A stretch of 64,000 nt of DNA, taken from assembly GCA_035690725.1 (NCBI GenBank), contig DASSKF010000117.1, positions 1,360 to 65,359 of the forward strand. Direction: 5' to 3'. Positions 1 through 8,790 of the stretch are shown piece after piece. The position numbers and the translations under genes are program-made. A model generated the notes under the pieces. It did no database searches and was not told the DNA's origin. It saw only the letters and a program-made list of their open reading frames with translations. Each line of letters starts with the position of its first letter. The stretch's first letter is position 1. This DNA is from Segeticoccus sp. Lineage in GTDB: Bacteria > Actinomycetota > Actinomycetes > Actinomycetales > Dermatophilaceae.

Positions 1-506
1 CGCGGGTCGAGTCCGGTGGTCGGCTCGTCGAGGAAGAGCACCGGCGGGCGGGCGACCAGGGCACCGGCGAGGTCGAGCCGCCGGCGCATGCCGCCGGAGT
101 AGGTCTTGGTGGGACGGTCAGCGGCGTCCTCGAGGTGGAACTGCGCCAGCAGCTCGCGGGCGCGCTGCCGGCTGGCCCGCCGGCCGAGGTGGTAGAGCCG
201 GCCGACCATGTCGAGGTTCTCGAACCCGGTCAGGTACTCGTCGACGGCGGCGTACTGGCCGCTGACGCCGATGCGCCGCCGCACCTCCCGCGGGTCGTCG
301 AGCACGTCGACCCCGGCCACCGTCGCGCTCCCGACGTCCGGGCGCAGCAGGGTGGTGAGGATGCGCACCGCGGTCGTCTTGCCGGCGCCGTTGGGGCCGA
401 GCACTCCGAGCACGGACCCCTCCGGCACGCGCAGGTCCAGGCCGTCCAGCGCCACGACGTCCTGGTAGCGCTTGACCAGCCCCCGAGCGATCACTGCGTC
501 ATTCAT
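1..506 (-). CDS. ABC transporter ATP-binding protein (DrrA-like), C-terminal part lies beyond window start
   Basis: Own minus-strand translation from ATG at 506: [45 protein letters not shown] (Walker A), YSGGMRRRL (ABC signature), [12 protein letters not shown] (Walker B). Runs off the window edge, so it is absent from the ORF track. Confidence 0.9.
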   Translation of the reverse strand, partial: MNDAVIARGLVKRYQDVVALDGLDLRVPEGSVLGVLGPNGAGKTTAVRILTTLLRPDVGSATVAGVDVLDDPREVRRRIGVSGQYAAVDEYLTGFENLDMVGRLYHLGRRASRQRARELLAQFHLEDAADRPTKTYSGGMRRRLDLAGALVARPPVLFLDEPTTGLDP

Positions 507-683
507 CCGACCAGCCTTTCACGCGGCACCGACACGGCTCTGCTCCTTTTTGCTGCTCTGCGGGGGCCGGTGCGACGGTCGCCACGGCTCACCCGCTCAG
601 GTCGACCCCGAGCGGGCGAGGAACTCATCGCGGCCGCCGGTGTCCCGGGGGCGCTCCGGACCCGGTCGAGCGGTCCGCCTGCG

Positions 684-1907
684 CTACTCGACCGTGACGC
701 GGTGGCCCCGGTCCCGCAGGAGCCGCAGCAGGTCGTCGCAGTGCTCCGGGCCACGCGTCTCCACCTGCAGGCCGATCTCCACCTCGTCGACCCGCAGGCT
801 CGGGCCGGTGCGGACGTGGCCCACCTCGAGCACGTTGGCGTCCGCGTCGGCGAGCATCGCCAGCAGGCCGGCGAGTGAGCCCGGCTTGTCCGGCACGGTC
901 ACCCGGAACTGCAGGTAGCGACCGGCGGCCGCCAGCCCGTGCCGGATGATCCGCAGCAGCAGCAGCGGGTCGATGTTGCCGCCGGAGAGCACGGCCACGA
1001 CCGGGCCGGCATACCGTCCCGGACCGGCCTGGAGCAGGTGGGCGACCGCGGCCGCGCCAGCAGGCTCGACCACCAGCTTCGCGCGCTCGAGCAGGAACAG
1101 CAGGGCAGCGGAGAGCGACTCCTCCTCCACGGTCTCGATGGCGTCCACGAGCTCGCTCACCACGGCGTAGGGCACCTGGCCGGGGAGACCGACGGCGATC
1201 CCGTCGGCCATGGTCTGCATCCGCTCCGCGGGGACGGGGTGACCGGCGGCGAGGGAGCGCGGCCAGGCCGCTGCCTGCTGCGCCTGCACCCCGACGACCC
1301 GCACGTCGGGCCGTCTCGCCCTGACCACCGTGCTGATGCCGGCCAGCAGACCGCCGCCCCCGGTGCTCACCACGATGGTGCCGACGTCGGGCACCTGCTC
1401 GAGGATCTCCAGTCCGCAGGTGCCCTGACCCGCCACGATGTCGGGGTGGTCGAAGGGGTGGATGAGCACCGCCCCGGTCTCCTGCTCGATCTCCCGGGCC
1501 CGCTCCAGTCCCTCGTCGATGGTGGTCCCGAGCTGCTCCACGTCGGCGCCGTAGCCCCTCGTCGCCAGCAGCTTCGGCATCGGTGCGCCGTGCGGCATCA
1601 CCACCGTCGCCCGGATGCCGAGCAGCCGGGCCGCCAGCGCGACCCCCTGGGCGTGGTTGCCGGCGCTCGCGCAGACGACCCCGCGCGCCTTCTCCTCCTC
1701 GCTCAGCCGGGACATCCGGGTGTAGGCGCCGCGGATCTTGAACGACCCGGCGCGCTGGAGGTTCTCGCACTTGAGGAAGGCCGGCGCACCGATCCGCTCC
1801 CCCAGTGCCGTGCTCGGCTCCATCGGGGTGGTGTGCACGACGCCCTCGAGGACCGTCCGGGCCGCCACGACGTCGTCCTGGCTGACCGGCAGGGTGGGGT
1901 GCGCCAT
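684..1907 (-). CDS. ilvA: Threonine ammonia-lyase (threonine dehydratase) with C-terminal ACT-like domain
   Basis: Lower part of track ORF 684..2771(-). Start set at ATG 1907 (MAHPTLPVSQDD). PLP-lysine motif SFKIRGA, plus GNHAQG and STGGGGLLAG. The upstream part of the track ORF is Arg/Gly-rich read-through overlapping metB. Confidence 0.9.
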   Translation of the reverse strand: MAHPTLPVSQDDVVAARTVLEGVVHTTPMEPSTALGERIGAPAFLKCENLQRAGSFKIRGAYTRMSRLSEEEKARGVVCASAGNHAQGVALAARLLGIRATVVMPHGAPMPKLLATRGYGADVEQLGTTIDEGLERAREIEQETGAVLIHPFDHPDIVAGQGTCGLEILEQVPDVGTIVVSTGGGGLLAGISTVVRARRPDVRVVGVQAQQAAAWPRSLAAGHPVPAERMQTMADGIAVGLPGQVPYAVVSELVDAIETVEEESLSAALLFLLERAKLVVEPAGAAAVAHLLQAGPGRYAGPVVAVLSGGNIDPLLLLRIIRHGLAAAGRYLQFRVTVPDKPGSLAGLLAMLADADANVLEVGHVRTGPSLRVDEVEIGLQVETRGPEHCDDLLRLLRDRGHRVTVE

Positions 1908-1939
1908 GGCCCCAACGGTAGTGCCGGCCGGCCGGCCGA

Positions 1940-3133
1940 TCAGCCGGAAGCGACCGACAGCGCGCGGGCCAGGTCGTCGACGAGGTCGTCGACGTCCTCG
2001 ATGCCCACGGACAGCCGGACCAGGTCCGCCGGCACCTCCAGGTCGGTGCCCCGCACGCTCGCGTGCGTCATCCGGGCGGGGTGCTCGATGAGCGACTCGA
2101 CCCCACCGAGCGACTCCCCGAGCGTCCAGACCTCGGTGCCTCCGCAGACCTTCACGGCGGCCTCCTCGCCGGCGCCGACCTGGAAGCTCACCATGCCCCC
2201 GAAGCGGCGCATCTGGCGCGCGGCGACCTCGTGGCCGGGGTGGCCGGGCAGCCCCGGGTAGTGCACGGCGGTGACGCCCGGGTGCCCCTGCAGGAACTCG
2301 ACCACCCGCTCGGCGTTGTCGCAGTGCCGCTCCATCCGCACCGCGAGGGTCTTCAGGCCGCGGAGCACGAGCCAGGCGTCGAACGGGCCGGCCACCGCCC
2401 CCATCGAGTTCTGGTGGAAGGCGATCCGGTCGGCGGCGTCGGCGAAGTCCGGGACGGCGACCTCGCGCGCGGTGACGACCGCGCCGCCGACGACGTCGCT
2501 GTGCCCGCCGCAGTACTTGGTGGTCGAGTGCGTGACCAGGTCGGCGCCGAGCGCGATCGGCTGCTGCAGGTAGGGCGAGGCGAAGGTGTTGTCCACCGCG
2601 AGCAGGGCACCGGCCTCGTGGGCGACCTCGGCGAGCGCTGCGATGTCGGCGATCCCGAGCAGCGGGTTCGTCGGCGTCTCGACCCACACCATCTTCGTCT
2701 GTCCGGGCCGGATCGCCACGCGCACCGACTCGGGGTCGGCGAGTGAGGCGGAGGTGTGCTCCACGCCCCACGGCCGGGCGACCTTGTCGACCAGCCGGTG
2801 CGTGCCGCCATACGCGTCGGTGGGGATGACGAGGTGGTCACCGGGCCGGAGCAGGGCGCGGATCAGGGTGTCCTGTCCGGCGAGGCCGGAGGCGAACGCG
2901 AAGCCGCGGTCGCCGCCCTCGAGGGCGGCGAGGCACTCCTCCAGGGCGGTGCGGGTCGGGTTGGCCGAGCGGGAGTACTCATAGCCCTCCCGCATGCCGC
3001 CCACGCCGTCCTGCTTGTAGGTGGAGGTCTGGTAGATCGCGGGGGCGACCGCCCCGGTGCGGGGGTCGGGGTCCTGCCCGGCGTGGATGGCGCGGGTGGA
3101 GAACCCGCCGGCGCGGCTGTCCTGCTCTGTCAT
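1940..3133 (-). CDS. metB: Cystathionine gamma-synthase/gamma-lyase family PLP enzyme
   Basis: 397 aa. Motifs YSRSANPT, DNTFASP and the PLP-lysine motif HSTTKYCGGHSDVVGG, typical of the Cys/Met metabolism PLP family. Confidence 0.9.
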   Translation of the reverse strand: MTEQDSRAGGFSTRAIHAGQDPDPRTGAVAPAIYQTSTYKQDGVGGMREGYEYSRSANPTRTALEECLAALEGGDRGFAFASGLAGQDTLIRALLRPGDHLVIPTDAYGGTHRLVDKVARPWGVEHTSASLADPESVRVAIRPGQTKMVWVETPTNPLLGIADIAALAEVAHEAGALLAVDNTFASPYLQQPIALGADLVTHSTTKYCGGHSDVVGGAVVTAREVAVPDFADAADRIAFHQNSMGAVAGPFDAWLVLRGLKTLAVRMERHCDNAERVVEFLQGHPGVTAVHYPGLPGHPGHEVAARQMRRFGGMVSFQVGAGEEAAVKVCGGTEVWTLGESLGGVESLIEHPARMTHASVRGTDLEVPADLVRLSVGIEDVDDLVDDLARALSVASG

Positions 3134-3196
3134 GCCGCTCAGGCTACGGGAGCGCCGGAGCGGCGCGCGGGCCCGTCCGGCGGCGGGCCGCGCCGG

Positions 3197-4225
3197 TCAG
3201 CCGTGTGCCTCGACGCGCGGTGCCGGGCAGCCGCAGGAGGCGCGGCGCACCAGCTCGAACTCGGCCGGGAGGCGGGTCTCGGGTTGCGGCTGGCCGAGGA
3301 TGCGCGCGTGGATCCGGGCCACGCCGAGCCGACCGATCGGCGCCGAGACCGGCCGGAGCGTGGTGAGGCCCGGGGTGAGGTAGCGCGAGGCCCGGATGTC
3401 GCCGATCCCGACGACCCCGATCTGGTCCGGCACGATCGCGCCCCGCGCCTGCAGCGAGCGGACCAGGGCCACCGCGGTGACGTCGCTGGCGCAGACGATC
3501 CCGTCCACCTTCACCCGTCGGTGCAGCACCTCCTGGGCGACCTGGATGCCGCCGCGCTCGGTCAGCGGCACCCGCAGCGGGGGCCGGCGCAACCGGATGC
3601 CCGCCGCGGCGTGTGCCAGCCGGAAACCGCGGTACTGCTGGGCGAGCGTCGCCGTCGCGTCGGGGTCGCCGACGAAGGTCAGGTGCTGCCGGCCGTGCTG
3701 GAGCAGGTGGTCGGTGAGCCGCCGGGCCGCGGGCGTGATCTCGGTGCCACCGACGCTGATGCACTCGCGCATGACGGGGCGACCGAGCAGTGCGACCGGC
3801 CGGACCCGGCCCAGCGCGGCGGCCGCCGGGTCGGGCAGCGTGCCGTCCGCCAGCAGGAACCCGTCGACCCGGTCCACCAGGGTGTTGAGCAGCGACGTGG
3901 CGTCGCGGCGCCCGCTCGTGGTGAGGACGGTCAGCTGCAGCCCCCGGTCGGCGGCGGCGGCCTCGCACCCCCGCCACAGCTCGAGCACCCCGGGGGTGGC
4001 GAGGTCGGGCAGGACGACGGCGAGCACGCCGTGCTGCAGCGACGGGGTCACCGGGCGCCGCGGCGGCCGGTAGCCGAGGGCGACGGCCGCCTCCCGGACC
4101 CGCGCCGACGTCTCCCGCGAGCCCGGTCCGCGCCCGCTCAGCACCCGGGAGACCGTCGCCGGCGACACCCCGGCCCGGCGCGCCACGTCGTGAAGCGTCG
4201 GCTCCGGTGCGGCCCCGGCCTCCAT
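3197..4225 (-). CDS. LacI family transcriptional regulator
   Basis: N-terminal HTH TLHDVARRAGVSPATVSRVLSG followed by a periplasmic-binding-protein-like sugar-binding core. Start trimmed to MEAGAAPEP (ATG 4225) inside track ORF 3197..4294. Confidence 0.85.
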   Translation of the reverse strand: MEAGAAPEPTLHDVARRAGVSPATVSRVLSGRGPGSRETSARVREAAVALGYRPPRRPVTPSLQHGVLAVVLPDLATPGVLELWRGCEAAAADRGLQLTVLTTSGRRDATSLLNTLVDRVDGFLLADGTLPDPAAAALGRVRPVALLGRPVMRECISVGGTEITPAARRLTDHLLQHGRQHLTFVGDPDATATLAQQYRGFRLAHAAAGIRLRRPPLRVPLTERGGIQVAQEVLHRRVKVDGIVCASDVTAVALVRSLQARGAIVPDQIGVVGIGDIRASRYLTPGLTTLRPVSAPIGRLGVARIHARILGQPQPETRLPAEFELVRRASCGCPAPRVEAHG

Positions 4226-4297
4226 GCTGTCGCCCTCCCACCGCGGGCTCGTGCCTGCGGCCCGCACGCTGCAGCATGCCAAACGGCGCGGCACCCG

Positions 4298-5464
4298 TCA
4301 GCCGGTGACGGCCGGCCCTCGCTCCCGCTGCCTGCTGCGCACGGCGATGTGCCGGGCCACCCGGGCGGCGTCCCGGCCCACGCCGCCGACGAGCGTCGAG
4401 GCGTAGCCGCGCTGGTAGGGCAGGCCCACGAAGTACAGGCCCGGCGAGGTCCGCACGATGCCGCCGTCGTCCCGGGGCCAGCCGTCGGCACCCGTCACCG
4501 CCGGGTGGATGAACCCGAAGTCCGGCCGGAAGCCGGTGCACCAGAGGACGTTCCGGACGCGCAGGGCCGCACCGTCCGCGAGGACGGGCAGCCCGTCCCG
4601 GGTGCCGACCGTGCGGCTGTCGACGTGGCGCACGCCGGCCGCCGCGAGGTCGGAGCGCCGGACGCCGACCAGCGGTGCCCCGCCCTGCCGGACCCGGTCC
4701 CGAAGCCGGCGCCCGCCCGAGGTGTGGTCGTTGAGCAGGTGGCGCGCGGTGAACCACAGCAGCGGCCGCGCCGCCCGTCCCCGCCCCGAGGTGAGCGGGA
4801 ACGGGATCTCGCCGCTCGGGCGCCCCGACAGCCAGGTCTCGACCCCGGCCCCCGCGAGCTCGAGCGCGATCTCCACACCCGACTGCCCGGCACCCACCAC
4901 CAGCACCGCTCCGGGGAGCAGCTGACCGGGCCCCCGGTAGGCGCTGGAGTGCAGCTGCCGGATGCCGGCGTCCAGGTCTGCGGCGAACCACGGGACCCGC
5001 GGTACCTGACCACCCCCGGTCGCCACGACCACCTGGTGGGCGGTCACCGCGCCGGCGGTGGTGCTGAGGCGGAACCCCGCTCGCGGCACGTGCTCCACGC
5101 GAGTCACCAGCGTGCCGGGACGGACGGGGAGCCGGAAGCGCTCGGCATACCGCTCGAGGTAGGCGGCCATGTCCGCACCGGAGGGGAAGCTGCCCGGCGG
5201 CGCGGGGAACTCCAGCCCGGGCAGGCTGTCGTACCGAGCCGGGGTGACCAGCCGCAGCGATGCGTAGCGCTCCCGCCAGGAGTCGCCGACCCGCGGGTGG
5301 GCGTCCAGCACGAGGCACGGGCGCCCCAGCCGGCCCAGGTGGCGGGCGGTGGCCAGCCCCGCCTGTCCCCCGCCGGCGACGACCGTCTCCACGTGCTCTG
5401 CGCCGGTCGCGGTCCCGGGGTCCGGCCGGGGGACCGTCGGCCGCGTCATCGTGGTGCTGCTCAT
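4298..5464 (-). CDS. NAD(P)/FAD-dependent oxidoreductase (flavin-containing monooxygenase-like)
   Basis: Two dinucleotide-binding motifs, VVAGGGQAGLA and VVGAGQSGVEIA. Start set at ATG 5464 (MSSTTMTRP), preceded by GGAGGAA. Confidence 0.8.
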   Translation of the reverse strand: MSSTTMTRPTVPRPDPGTATGAEHVETVVAGGGQAGLATARHLGRLGRPCLVLDAHPRVGDSWRERYASLRLVTPARYDSLPGLEFPAPPGSFPSGADMAAYLERYAERFRLPVRPGTLVTRVEHVPRAGFRLSTTAGAVTAHQVVVATGGGQVPRVPWFAADLDAGIRQLHSSAYRGPGQLLPGAVLVVGAGQSGVEIALELAGAGVETWLSGRPSGEIPFPLTSGRGRAARPLLWFTARHLLNDHTSGGRRLRDRVRQGGAPLVGVRRSDLAAAGVRHVDSRTVGTRDGLPVLADGAALRVRNVLWCTGFRPDFGFIHPAVTGADGWPRDDGGIVRTSPGLYFVGLPYQRGYASTLVGGVGRDAARVARHIAVRSRQRERGPAVTG

Positions 5465-5685
5465 CGGTTCCTCCGTGCTGCCGAGCCCGCGGGTGTCCGG
5501 CGCCGGGCCGTCGGTGCGGGCCCGTCCGGCAGGTGCGGATGCGGTCGACGCTAGGTCCGCCGGCGTGCTTCCCGCGTCGGCCGGACGACCCAACGGGACG
5601 GTCGGGCGATGGGTCGTTCTGTGCAGGTCGACCGCCCGACGGCCCGAAACTGATCGGCCCCGCAGGCCGGCTCGTGGTGACGACG

Positions 5686-7302
5686 TCAGCGCAGGCCCTG
5701 GTCGTAGAGGTAGGCCGTCGCCGCGGCACGGGAGGAGACGCCCAGCTTGAGGTACATGTTGCTCAGGTGCCGGGCGACGGTCTTCTCGCTCAGCACGAGC
5801 GTGTGCGCCACCTGCCGGTTCGTCAGTCCCTGCGCGACGAGCCGGAGCACCTGCAGCTCCCGGCTGGTGAGCGGTGCGTTGCCCGGGGAGGACGGAGCGG
5901 CCACCCGGCGCAGCTCGGCGAGGGCACCGAGCTGCTCGAAGCTGGTGCGCGCCGCGTCGAGCTGCATGAGGGCGGACACGTCATCCCCGAGCGCGGTCAG
6001 GCACCGACTCACGAGGACCCGGACCCGCGCGGCCTCGAACGGCGCCTCGATCTCCTGCCAGGTGCGCCAGCTGTCCCGCAGCAGCCCGAGTGCCTCCGCC
6101 GCCGCACCCGTGGCGAGCTGGACGGCACCCCTGGCGCGCCACGCCAGCGCCTTGAGCAGCGGTATGCCGCGCCCGCCCGCGATCGTGCCCAGTTCCGTTG
6201 CCACCGCGGTCGCCCCGTCGAGGTCGCCCGCCTCCAGCAGCACCTCCACCGCGGCGTCGAGGACCTCCACGCGTGCGGGTCCGTGGAGGGTCTCGGCCAG
6301 GAGCCGCCGCACCCGGGGCGCGGCGACCTCGAGCCGGCCCTGGGCGAGCCGCAGCAGGGTGAGACCGGGCTCCGGCTCGCGGGCCAGCACGTTGGCCTCC
6401 CGGTAGGCGGTCTCGGCCTGCTCGTCCTCGCCGCGGAGCCGGTGCAGCTCGCCGCGCCGGTACCACGCCTCCCCGGCGATCCGGGACCCCGGCTCCGCGC
6501 AGGCGGTGGTCACCTCAGCGAGCGCGTCGGCCCAGTCGCCGAGGACGGTCATGACCTCCGCGCGGTGGAGCGTGCACTCCGCGCGGAAGGGGGCGAGGCC
6601 GTCCTGCGTGTCGCACCAGCGCGTCAGCGCGGCCGTCCACTGCCGGGCACGCTGCACGTCGTGCACCGCGGTGCAGGTGCTGATGACGGCGCAGTAGGTG
6701 GTGCCCGCGAGTTCAGGGAGCACCTCGTCGGCGCAGACCGCCACCATGGCCTCGTCGAGGTGGTGCACCCCCTCGTCGATCCGCCGCAGGGCCACGAGCG
6801 CCTGGCCGGCGACCAGGAGCGAGAGGGTCTCCAGCTCCGCGTCGTCGACGGAACGCCCCACGCGGAGGGCCTCCTCCCCCACGCGCAGCGCGGCGTCCGG
6901 CTCCCCGTCCTCGAGGAGCCGGTGCGCCTCGAGGCAGCCGAGCAACGCCGCCTCGGTCGACCCGGGCAGGTGCGTCTCGACCAGGTGGGTGGCCCGGGCG
7001 GCCCAGCCGCTGCCCTGGCTGGTCGCCCCCCGGTTCACCAGCTCGAACGCGTACCAGAACGCGGTGCGGGCCGCAGCCGCCCACGAGCCCCGCTCGACGA
7101 AGCCGTGGTAGGCACCGGTGAACGCCTCGTCGGCCCCGGTGCCCCGACCGGCCATGACGGACGCCGACGCGAGCAGCAGGAGGTCGGGCGCACCGAGCGA
7201 CTCGGTCGCCTCCACCTCGGTGAAGGCGCCACAGCAGCCCGGCCAGGACCGCTCGCGGTAGAGCGCTCTGGCCTGCTCGATCCCCGACGTCGGCATGGCC
7301 AC
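5686..7302 (-). CDS. LuxR family transcriptional regulator with large helical/TPR-like N-terminal domain
   Basis: 538 aa. C-terminal LuxR HTH LTSRELQVLRLVAQGLTNRQVAHTLVLSEKTVARHLSNMYLKLGV. Confidence 0.85.
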   Translation of the reverse strand: MAMPTSGIEQARALYRERSWPGCCGAFTEVEATESLGAPDLLLLASASVMAGRGTGADEAFTGAYHGFVERGSWAAAARTAFWYAFELVNRGATSQGSGWAARATHLVETHLPGSTEAALLGCLEAHRLLEDGEPDAALRVGEEALRVGRSVDDAELETLSLLVAGQALVALRRIDEGVHHLDEAMVAVCADEVLPELAGTTYCAVISTCTAVHDVQRARQWTAALTRWCDTQDGLAPFRAECTLHRAEVMTVLGDWADALAEVTTACAEPGSRIAGEAWYRRGELHRLRGEDEQAETAYREANVLAREPEPGLTLLRLAQGRLEVAAPRVRRLLAETLHGPARVEVLDAAVEVLLEAGDLDGATAVATELGTIAGGRGIPLLKALAWRARGAVQLATGAAAEALGLLRDSWRTWQEIEAPFEAARVRVLVSRCLTALGDDVSALMQLDAARTSFEQLGALAELRRVAAPSSPGNAPLTSRELQVLRLVAQGLTNRQVAHTLVLSEKTVARHLSNMYLKLGVSSRAAATAYLYDQGLR

Positions 7303-7385
7303 CGTCTCACGAGACTAGTCCTCAGCGAGCCTGTCCGTGCTGCTCTTTCACGGACCGAGGGCCTCGTGGACGGCGCCGGAACGCC

Positions 7386-8135
7386 TCACCCCTCCAGCTC
7401 GAGGAGCGGACGCCCCGAGGTGGTGCGCACCTGGACGCTCGCGATCTGCGAGGGCGCCCAGGAGGTCGCGCCGGTGAGCGTGATCGTCTTGCCGGGCACC
7501 GCCTTCCAGGTCGCCACCTGCTGCGTGGCCCCCGTCCGCGACCGGACCACCAGCTCGTATGCCGGCCACGCACCGGCCTCGTCACCGTCCCGCCGGTACG
7601 GCGAGCCACTGGCGGTGGGTTGCGTGGGCGGGTAGGTGCAGCTCAGGTCGAGCCTCGTGCCCCAGGCGACCTGCTCCAGCGCCACGACGGCGCGCAGCGC
7701 CGTGTCCCCGACCACGGCCATGGACCTGCTCGCGCTCGGCCGGCCGGCCGGCTGGCTGGAGCCGGCCGACGGCTGGGTGGCCACCTGACCCGGCTCGGGC
7801 GGGCCGGACAGGGTGAGGGCACCGACGCTCACCGCTGCCGCGACACCGGCCGCGACCCCACCCACCAGCCAACGCCGCCGCCGCTCGCGGCGCCGGACCT
7901 CGCGGATCAGCCTGGGCAGGAGAGTGTCCGGCACCGGCCCGACGGGTTGCGCCTCGGCGACCTCGGCGGGCACCGTCGCGAGCAGGCCGGGCAGGCCGGC
8001 CAGCTCCTGGACCGACACGGCGCAACCCGGGCACTCGCGCAGGTGTGCCTCGAACGCGTACCGGTCCTGCACCGACAGCGCCCCGAGGACGTAGGCCCCG
8101 GACCACGCCCGGAACTCGTCGTGGCGGTCGTTCAC
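7386..8135 (-). CDS. Anti-sigma factor (zf-HC2, RskA-like, single-pass membrane)
   Basis: Start set at GTG 8135, overlapping the sigma stop codon (GTGA). VNDRHDEFRAWSGAYVLGAL...HLRECPGCAVSVQEL zinc-finger motif, one TM segment (WLVGGVAAGVAAAVSVGAL), extracytoplasmic C-terminal domain. Confidence 0.8.
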   Translation of the reverse strand: MNDRHDEFRAWSGAYVLGALSVQDRYAFEAHLRECPGCAVSVQELAGLPGLLATVPAEVAEAQPVGPVPDTLLPRLIREVRRRERRRRWLVGGVAAGVAAAVSVGALTLSGPPEPGQVATQPSAGSSQPAGRPSASRSMAVVGDTALRAVVALEQVAWGTRLDLSCTYPPTQPTASGSPYRRDGDEAGAWPAYELVVRSRTGATQQVATWKAVPGKTITLTGATSWAPSQIASVQVRTTSGRPLLELEG

Positions 8136-8695
8136 CGCACCTCCCCCATCTCCTGGAGCGCGAGCCGGAGGGCTCGCAACGCGTAGTGGGTCCGTGACTT
8201 CACGGTGCCCGGCGGGATCCCGAGGTTCTGTGCCGCCTGCGCCACGGACCGGCCGCGGTAGTAGCACTCGACGAGAACCTCCCGGTGGTCCGGCGAGAGC
8301 CGATCGAGCGCCTCGGCCACCACCCAGGACTGCAGCAGGCGGTCGGTGCCGTCGCTGTCACCGGTCGGCCGGGGCTCCGGCAGCACGTCCGTGGACACCT
8401 CGCGGTGCGCACGCCCGGTGCGCCACTCGTCGATGACCAGGTGGCGCGCGACCGTGAACAGCCACGCGCGTGCCGAGCGCTCCGACTGGTCCAGCACCTC
8501 GGGGTGGCGCCACGCGCGCAGCAGCACCTCCTGCACGACGTCCTGGGCTCGGGCCCGGTCACCGGTGAGGCGCACGCAGTATGCCCACAGCGCTGCCGCG
8601 TGCTCGTCGTGCAGCGTGCGCATCATCTCGGCCGGCGTGGTCGTTCTGCCCACACCTCCTCCCCCGTGCGCAGGGTTCCGGCGGTCGCCGGTCAC
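8132..8695 (-). CDS. ECF (group 4) RNA polymerase sigma factor
   Basis: Region 2 ARAQDVVQEVLLRAWRHPE and region 4 HTH SVAQAAQNLGIPPGTVKSRTHYALRAL. Translationally coupled to the downstream anti-sigma gene. Confidence 0.9.
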   Translation of the reverse strand: MTGDRRNPAHGGGGVGRTTTPAEMMRTLHDEHAAALWAYCVRLTGDRARAQDVVQEVLLRAWRHPEVLDQSERSARAWLFTVARHLVIDEWRTGRAHREVSTDVLPEPRPTGDSDGTDRLLQSWVVAEALDRLSPDHREVLVECYYRGRSVAQAAQNLGIPPGTVKSRTHYALRALRLALQEMGEVR

Positions 8696-8702
8696 CAGAG
8701 GG

Positions 8703-8728
8703 AACGGTGCGGGGAGGGGAAAGGTTCA
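8703..8728 (-). promoter_or_regulatory. Candidate ECF-type autoregulated promoter (TGAAC-N17-CGTT) directly upstream of the sigma gene
   Basis: Minus-strand reading GGTGAAC-CTTTCCCCTCCCCGCAC-CGTTCC-CTCTG-GTG. The -10-like CGTT ends 7 nt before the GTG at 8695, which would imply a leaderless transcript. Motif match only. Confidence 0.3.
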
Positions 8729-8790
8729 CCGGCGGGACCGGTCGGCCTCGAGGTCTGTTCGACCGATGCCGAACGTGGTAGGAAAGTGCC

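Noticed and set aside
684-2771. Track ORFs 684..2771 (695 aa) and 23098..26082 (994 aa) taken at face value as giant fusion proteins
   Set aside because: Only the C-terminal 407 aa (IlvA) and 460 aa (CBS) match known families. The N-terminal extensions overlap neighbouring real genes (metB, or the SGNH hydrolase and thiolase on the other strand) and are compositionally junk. Internal ATG/GTG starts give normal-length proteins.
2756-5554. 932-aa plus-strand ORF. The same applies to 5260..7635 (791 aa), 25224..27191 (655 aa), 23101..24579, 31398..33062 and 56682..58409.
   Set aside because: All are antisense or out of frame relative to genes with strong family motifs (metB/LacI/FAD oxidoreductase, LuxR, thiolase, cbs, eno, heparinase). 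All have Arg/Pro/Gly/Ala-dominated composition and are judged non-coding shadows.
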